Part shown: positions 62,573 to 64,000 of the stretch, piece after piece
Layout: each line of letters opens with the position of its first letter
Position numbering within the stretch: position 1 is the first letter of the stretch
Source of the DNA: Zygnema circumcarinatum SAG 698-1b
Lineage: Eukaryota > Plantae > Zygnematophyceae
NCBI GenBank assembly: GCA_037447605.1
Contig: CM074816.1
Location: 2,384,525 to 2,448,524 of the forward strand
DNA: 64,000 bases
Reading direction: 5' to 3'
Notes under the pieces: model-generated
The model's input: the letters and a program-made list of their open reading frames with translations, nothing else
Database searches by the model: none
What the model was told of the DNA's origin: nothing
Made by a program: the position numbers and the translations under genes

Positions 62573-62829
62573 GCAGTGGGATGGAAGGATTTGCAGCTCG
62601 TGCGGCAGCAGACCTTTCATGTTCAAAGTAGCGCATGTAATGCTCAAAAAGCTTTCCATCCTGTGGGACCTCATTTCTGTGTGTTTCTCTTCACTGGAAT
62701 CGTTCTTCGGTCAGTAACATCGGGTACATTTGCTGTTCGCATGGAATTTTATTTACATTTTTAGGCCGCGGTGCCGATTCGGAGCATCCTGGATCATTTC
62801 TTTCAAGTGGATTCCATTTTTCCGGTCAG
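60388..62829. mobile_element. Possible gene-carrying TIR element: ~115-bp inverted repeats (60388-60501 / 62712-62829) enclosing BTB gene 2
   Basis: ctgaccggaacaatggaatccac...aatgtacccgatgttactg versus cagtaacatcgggtacatt...gtggattccattttttccggtcag; no TSD seen. Confidence 0.45.
61025..62113 (+). CDS. Second At3g50780-type BTB/POZ protein, intronless CDS
   Basis: KSEFLSTKMLKRWSE...VLLYDEGIEECLQYLRDVPWQEGEETEEV; clear but divergent paralog of 44498-45601. Confidence 0.75.
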   Translation: MAASSSADSAAMDGEDVEVHFLDEEKMTVVAKMRLTMAAVQKSEFLSTKMLKRWSEGREGEDKLRVLQVNVAAGEVKDYLRVLKLMASESTFEEELDDVNRTLTLLNISSVLLYDEGIEECLQYLRDVPWQEGEETEEVLALLDVLQVKEGETLLQTREMSTSPYIGKLLAACCCKCSPSNSVEYLMTELIRSTRPHHVNKKLHFILSCLHESMKKATSCCDLHYMLRAKKSLLIAWIQYLKQAGKGHVRIADGAPLIEMTNADSLRAVTAKFNSCPDCKNAIRSLTLEATEILPQGLADGVLVTSATNKRTFIDNYLTGKGVGVNWDCKVILKVFDSLPSKDQEFLFDKLFTKTARRFPLY

Positions 62830-64000
62830 AAGTGAAGAGAGAGAGAGAGAAAGCGACAGATGGAGTGAAAGAGTGGCGGAGGGCACCAAGCCATGCGGAA
62901 CCGCGAGATAAGTAGCATTTAGTTTTGTCATGATCACGATCTAAACTGGGAATGGTGCGCAGAACAAGGCAAAGTCTGAAGGCAAGTCATTGACAGAGGA
63001 AGGATAGCTCAAGCACTGACGCACAAAAAAAAAAAAACCAAATATACAAAATAGTTATTTCTCCCACCCCCAAAAAAAAAACTTCAACTTTGCCCCATAA
63101 AACAAGTGATGTTTCAACAATGATCACGTTACTGAGTTGACTCGACGCGATGATGATAATGATCACAGACATTGGCAATGCTCTGCTCCTTGAAGGATGG
63201 TATACAACAATGGAGGGAAAGGGGGATGCCGCATTGGCCGGTCCCTACCTGCCTGAAAAAAAACCTAAGAACCCAATGAAAGTCCCAAAAAAACTAAATC
63301 TATAAATGAAAAAAGGAAAAATAAAAATCAGCAATAAGTTATTGTGAAGGCTGGGGCCTCTCCACGGCGGTTGATGAATAGCATCAACGAATAAAAGTAA
63401 AGGTAAAGGAGTCAGAGATCGTTCCCTCCGATTCAGAGCCGGAGGCCATTTTGAAACAAATAAGTAAAGGCGATGGAGAGGGAGGGAGAACCCAAAATGA
63501 GGGTCCGCCGCTCGAGCTGCTTCTCTCCCATCACTCTAGCAAATGGTACATAATTAAAATGCATTTGAAACGCATTAAAGAATTCGCTGCTGCTTGAGAG
63601 AGAGTGGGAGAGAAAGGGGGAGAGAGAGAGTGAGAGTAGAGAGAAAGAGAGAGAAGGGAAGAGAAAGAGTGCGAGGGGGAGAGAGAGAGCGGGAGAAAGA
63701 AAGGCGGAGAGCGAGGGAGAGAGAGGGGAATGAGTAGAGGAGGGGGATGGAAGCAATGATTAAGCCATTTCTCTAATACTTCAACGACAAGTCTCCGACG
63801 GTCCACCCACACGATAAACTCACGTACAGTTCTCCAAAATCAGAAGTTCGTAATTCAACAATTTCCTTCACCAAAGGGAGAAAGGGACGTTTGTAGCCAT
63901 GCCCTCCACGGTGCCAGGGAGGTCCTGAATGCCGCCAGCCATGGCTGCACCTCCCTCTCCCTCAAAGGACAAAAGTGAGGGATTCTCTCCCACAGCATGT

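Noticed and set aside
63170-64000. Possible exon(s) of a minus-strand gene entering from the window edge (…VKEIVELRTSDFGELY|gtgagt)
   Set aside because: Too little sequence and no recognisable motif to support a call
1-64000. CRISPR arrays, rRNA or tRNA genes, prokaryotic defence systems
   Set aside because: None seen; repeats are microsatellites, telomere-like tracts or transposon-derived, and the only tRNA complementarity is at LTR primer-binding sites

Overview
Eukaryotic nuclear DNA from a short-read assembly with many 10-N and three longer (about 100-130 N) gaps. The gene content points to a streptophyte, probably charophyte-grade, alga; this is an inference. Spliced housekeeping genes are an O-fucosyltransferase (+), an ABCC/MRP transporter (+, 3' end lost at a gap), ALG10 (-) head-to-head with LpxK (+), a FAM133-like K/S/E-rich protein (-) and SFT2/Got1 (-). 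There are also two intronless At3g50780-type BTB genes and two secreted-protein genes (NIDO domain; PAN/Apple domain). About 22 kb is nested Ty3/gypsy and Ty1/copia sequence (14.5-22.7 kb and 28.2-40.5 kb), plus several non-autonomous TIR or foldback elements. Many introns carry long CT/GA low-complexity tracts, and telomere-like TT(T)AGGG tracts cluster near gene 5' ends. The main highlights are as follows. (1) The gypsy family has a covarying -1 frameshift hairpin at the gag/pol junction, followed by a conserved extra ~150-aa domain upstream of the protease that resembles a degenerate Dam-like methyltransferase. (2) A NIDO-domain secreted protein occurs in a plant-lineage genome. (3) One BTB gene lies between long inverted repeats.
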